Position numbers and translations under genes: made by a program. The notes under the pieces are model-generated. The model was given only the letters and a program-made list of their open reading frames with translations. It was not told the origin of the DNA and did not search any database. From Ostreococcus lucimarinus (lineage: Eukaryota), in the NCBI GenBank assembly GCA_000092065.1, contig CP000592.1: a stretch of DNA of 64,000 bases; one strand, given 5' to 3'. Shown here one piece after another: positions 61,291 to 64,000 of this stretch (position 1 is its first letter; every line of letters starts with the position of its first letter).

Positions 61291-61337
61291 CGGCTTCGCG
61301 CAGTCGATGACAAAGGTGGAAACCTTCTTCTTCGTGT
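61291..61337 (-). CDS. RPL22: eL22 internal exon (…DTKKKVSTFVIDCAKP), bounded by a TAG acceptor and a GTGCGT donor
   Basis: KKKVSTFVIDCAKP matches the eL22 N-terminal block KKK.VSFTIDCSKP of plants. The donor GTGCGT sits at 61290-61285 and the intron 61189-61290 has a CTGACG branch motif about 27 nt before its acceptor. Confidence 0.7.
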
Positions 61338-61553
61338 CTACGCCCGCGAAAACATCCCACGCATCGTCAGTCGTCTCTCCAACTCGCTTCACTCGCGCGC
61401 ATCCGCGTTCCCACGACGCGCGGCGGCGACGACGATCCATCCCGCCGATCGACCCATCGCGCGTCGGTCGCGCCCGCGCGCCGTTTCTCGACGCCGCGCC
61501 GCGCCGTCGTCGCGTTCGACGCGCCGTCGTCGCGGCGAGAATATCGTTCGCAC

Positions 61554-61566
61554 CTTTCGGGGCCAT
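61554..61566 (-). CDS. RPL22: Putative 13-nt first coding exon of eL22 (ATGGCCCCGAAAG, Met-Ala-Pro-Lys-Asp, phase 1), followed by a GTGCGA donor
   Basis: Splicing 61554 to 61337 gives MAPKDTKKKVSTFVIDCAKPVEDKIM..., a canonical eL22 N-terminus. The proposed 216-nt intron (61338-61553) has a CTGACGATGCG branch motif 31 nt before its TAG acceptor. The same region stays in frame if unspliced, so this is inference. Confidence 0.45.
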
Positions 61567-61771
61567 GATGTCGTCGACGGGCGCTGTCGCGCGCTTCAAA
61601 GAGGCGTCGCGCGACGGCGCGGTCGCCGCGGTCGATGCGTCTGTCGTCCGTGTGTGACTCGAGACCGCACCGGACCAATCAACCACCGCGCGCGCCTCGG
61701 CGCCGCGCGCGTTCCCTCACACGACGACGCCGACGCGCGCGCGATGGACGCGGCGACGGACGCGGACGCGG

Positions 61772-62062
61772 GTGCGATCGATCGACGCGACGCGCGCGCG
61801 CGGGCGAACGCGCGAACGCGCGAACGAACGACTGACGGCTGACACGTCGTCGACGACAGAGCGCCCGCCGCCGAGCCAAGACGCGCAGGACGCGCGCGAT
61901 GAGGCCTCGGCGAAGGTGTACCTCGAAACTCACGTCACGAGCGTCCTGCACGACGCCCTGGTGGCGCTCAACGCCGCGCGCCCGGCGGACCCGCTCGCGT
62001 GGCTCGGCGAGTACCTCTTAAAAGAATCCGCCGCGCGAAAGGCGAAAGCCGACGCCGCGTGA
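61772..62062 (+). CDS. DPY30: DPY30-like small protein (Dpy-30/RIIa-type dimerisation motif; COMPASS subunit-like)
   Basis: C-terminal segment THVTSVLHDALVALNAARPADPLAWLGEYLLKESA matches the Dpy-30 motif (Y....V.P.L..GL..L...RP.DP...LA.YLL). The N-terminal half is disordered and the start is uncertain. Confidence 0.45.
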   Translation: MRSIDATRARGRTRERANERLTADTSSTTERPPPSQDAQDARDEASAKVYLETHVTSVLHDALVALNAARPADPLAWLGEYLLKESAARKAKADAA

Positions 62063-62272
62063 GCGCGCGTAGTGAGTGTAACGCACATCGCATCGAATTG
62101 AATGGCAAAATGGAAAAATGGAAACCTGTCCACGACGGGGCGTCCATACTACCGGGACGGGGCGTCCCGCATGCGCGGCGAAAAAAAGTGCGCTCGGACT
62201 CGCGAGCGCGCGCGAGCGTCGTCAGCGCGCGGACGTACCGCTTCGGCGCGATGTCAACGACAACCGTTCGCC

Positions 62273-62280
62273 CAAAAAAA
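62273..62280 (-). terminator. Oligo-T (T8) tract about 25 nt downstream of the tRNA-Arg 3' end, likely its RNA polymerase III terminator
   Basis: Plus-strand A8 (cccaaaaaaaag) equals T8 on the tRNA strand. A second T7 tract lies at 62181-62187. Confidence 0.45.
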
Positions 62281-62304
62281 AGATGCGTTTAGATGTCCAC
62301 TAGA

Positions 62305-62405
62305 TGTCCACGACGGGGCTCGAACCCGCGGCCTTTTGATGACTCGCGCGTCGCTCGCGCGCTTCGCGTAGAAGTCAAACTATCTTCCAACTGATATACG
62401 TGGAC
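62305..62405 (-). tRNA. tRNA-Arg (anticodon UCU) carrying a 28-nt intron at the canonical 37/38 position
   Basis: Hand-folded cloverleaf. Acceptor GTCCACG/CGTGGAC is a perfect 7 bp. D stem TATC/GATA with loop AGTTGGAA. Anticodon stem TTTGA/TCAAA with loop CT-TCT-A, then intron CGCGAAGCGCGCGAGCGACGCGCGAGTC, then A. Variable loop AGGCC. T stem GCGGG/CCCGT with loop TTCGAGC. Discriminator A. T8 and T7 tracts on the same strand lie at about 62273-62280 and 62181-62187. Confidence 0.6.
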
Positions 62406-62694
62406 CGACCTGGGGATTGAACCCGTATCAAACAGAACGTCGACCTAGGTAATTTTACCCAAAGCCGAGTCGCGATAACCGACGCGGGGCGTTTTCGGTT
62501 TATGTACGACGGCGTCGGCGCGCGTCGCGCGCGCGACGCGCGCGCGCGCTCGACACCCGTCGACGCGCGGTCGACGCGCGCGCGCGCGACCGAAGCGACG
62601 CGTCGCGCGCGAGACAGAAGCGACGACTCGCGCGCGCGGTCGATCTCGAAACCGTCGAAGCGCGTCGAATCGAATCGAATCGAACGAGACAACG

Positions 62695-63987
62695 ATGGGT
62701 GTTGACGCGTCCGACGACGCGACGTCGCGCGCGCGACGCGTCTCGACGACGTCGACGAGCGAGCGACGCGGGACGGTGATGATGTCCATCGCGGTGATGG
62801 CGGTGTCGAGCCTGATGACGCTCGGGATCAAACGAGGGGTCGAGGGACGGGGATCTTCCGCGTTCGCGACGCCGTTCAAAGCCGCGCTCGGGCAGCGGAT
62901 GAAGCACTCGACGTGGGACGAAAGTAATCAGCACGACGGTGGGAACGCCGCGGACGATGGATTTGTGTCGTACGAGCAACAGCGAGATTTCGAAGGACGC
63001 GAGTGGGCGTGGGAAAAGAGGATATCTTGCGATGGTCACGAGGCGTTGGATTTCGACGTCGACGCCGTCGAGGAGGGGCGCAAGGCGCTTTGGCGGAACG
63101 CGTCGTTTTCGTTCCAGTTTTGGCGCACGCCTCGCTCGCGACACTTTCAGCTGTACGAGCAAGAAAACATACGCAATGCATTTTGCAAGGCGGGACAGTA
63201 TCAGGTGAACATCGTGACGATGATGGACCACGCGGATTCGTGCGAGTTCGCGCGCGCGCACTACGACAAGGGCGCCGAACAGTTTCCCAAGGATGCAAGT
63301 CAACATCTCGGGCGGGGCGCGTTTTATTGCGCCACTCGATCGATTTCGAATTTCCCTTACAAACTCATGGCGGTATGCGGCGCTCGATCGATGATAGAGT
63401 TCAATCGCGTGGAGAACCTTGCCGCCGCCGTAAGGGGTGGCCAGTCCAACGCCGATTACAGCTTTCTGAACGCCTACTACGCCGACCCCGAGGATTTCGA
63501 AATCTCTTTGATTAATCATCGCATTTTCGACCCACAATTGAATCGCGCGTATCCTACGCAATTCCGTATGGGTTGTTACAAAGATGGCGCGGTCCGGCGT
63601 GCCAATAATTGTCAAGACGGAACGGCGTTTGAGCCGCGGCGCGTCATCTCAACGCGTCTGATGGGCGGCACGGTGGCTGCCGTTGTGAAGATTGGCTACG
63701 GTTATAGTCATTTGACCCGTCGCTGGGTTCCTCTTCAAGGTCAAGGCGAGCGTTGGTCGCTCGATGACGATGGACTGGTGGTGGAGAGAAGGAGAAAGAG
63801 GGCGAAAGGGTGCGTATGCCCGAGCGACGAGGAAGCCATGACGCAAATGGCGCACCACGATGCTTTCAAGCATTTTCTCGCTTTTGAGGAAAACGCTGAC
63901 CGAACCATAGGCACAACGAAAATGCACGAGTACGGCTCGTGTCATTGGGTAGACTTCGGACGAACGAAGAGGAAACTCGTGGATTGA
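62695..63987 (+). CDS. Hypothetical type-II membrane-anchored protein with a Cys-containing luminal domain, located in a lower-GC segment
   Basis: The 430-aa ORF has an N-terminal cytosolic tail and one TM segment (VMMSIAVMAVSSLMTLGI), then a 380-aa domain with no recognised motif. Local GC is about 53% versus about 70% in flanking sequence. Confidence 0.35.
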   Translation: MGVDASDDATSRARRVSTTSTSERRGTVMMSIAVMAVSSLMTLGIKRGVEGRGSSAFATPFKAALGQRMKHSTWDESNQHDGGNAADDGFVSYEQQRDFEGREWAWEKRISCDGHEALDFDVDAVEEGRKALWRNASFSFQFWRTPRSRHFQLYEQENIRNAFCKAGQYQVNIVTMMDHADSCEFARAHYDKGAEQFPKDASQHLGRGAFYCATRSISNFPYKLMAVCGARSMIEFNRVENLAAAVRGGQSNADYSFLNAYYADPEDFEISLINHRIFDPQLNRAYPTQFRMGCYKDGAVRRANNCQDGTAFEPRRVISTRLMGGTVAAVVKIGYGYSHLTRRWVPLQGQGERWSLDDDGLVVERRRKRAKGCVCPSDEEAMTQMAHHDAFKHFLAFEENADRTIGTTKMHEYGSCHWVDFGRTKRKLVD

Positions 63988-64000
63988 TTTTAGCCGTAGG

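Noticed and set aside
62406-62470. A second tRNA immediately upstream of tRNA-Arg (GGTTCAATCCCC T-arm-like sequence)
   Set aside because: I could not fold a complete cloverleaf: no consistent D-arm or anticodon stem, and the putative 3' acceptor would overlap the 5' end of tRNA-Arg. It is treated as a tRNA-derived fragment or pseudogene only.
62695-63987. Calling the low-GC orphan ORF a horizontally transferred or viral gene
   Set aside because: The conserved host genes in the same window are also lower-GC than the background, and no viral or bacterial hallmark motif was recognised. It stays a hypothesis in the findings and was not annotated as such.

Overview
This 64-kb window is very GC-rich (about 65-70% overall, dropping to about 52-58% inside the most conserved genes) and is densely packed with eukaryotic nuclear genes, at roughly one gene per 1.4 kb. 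Most coding regions are long single ORFs, but three genes (ARF1 and the ribosomal proteins eL22 and uS15) show spliceosomal introns with GT[GA]CG(T/A) donors, a CTGACG branch motif about 28-31 nt upstream, and CAG/TAG acceptors. The gene content (plant-type bifunctional dehydroquinate dehydratase/shikimate dehydrogenase, a PHR1-like MYB-CC factor, a cytochrome-b5 front-end desaturase, organelle-targeted bacterial-type L1 and PGP synthase, DUF1350), together with the compactness and GC level, points to a prasinophyte/Mamiellophyceae-like green alga such as Micromonas; this is inference, not a database hit. About 43 protein-coding loci are supported, including: CK2 alpha, TRAPPC13, PGP synthase, YIPF6, malic enzyme, NAA35, XPD/ERCC2, ARF1, eIF2 beta, an eIF4H-like protein, uS15 and eL22, Dus3 and DPY30. 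One intron-containing tRNA-Arg(TCT) is also supported. No transposase, reverse transcriptase, integrase, CRISPR or prokaryotic operon structure was found. The observations most worth follow-up are unusual domain architectures: an RraA-like plus KDPG-aldolase fusion, an EDR1-N-domain plus J-domain protein, an intronless 2211-aa SNF2 remodeler carrying a PHD finger, Tudor-like repeats and a zf-CW finger, and an MDC1-like protein with a TQxF cluster and tandem BRCT domains. Further items are a PARP-type zinc finger fused to an H1-like tail, tandem TLC-domain paralogs, very short first exons in ribosomal-protein genes, an intron-bearing tRNA-Arg(UCU) followed by T-tract terminators, and a lower-GC 3' segment holding an orphan type-II membrane protein. 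High GC produces many long antisense ORFs, which were rejected.
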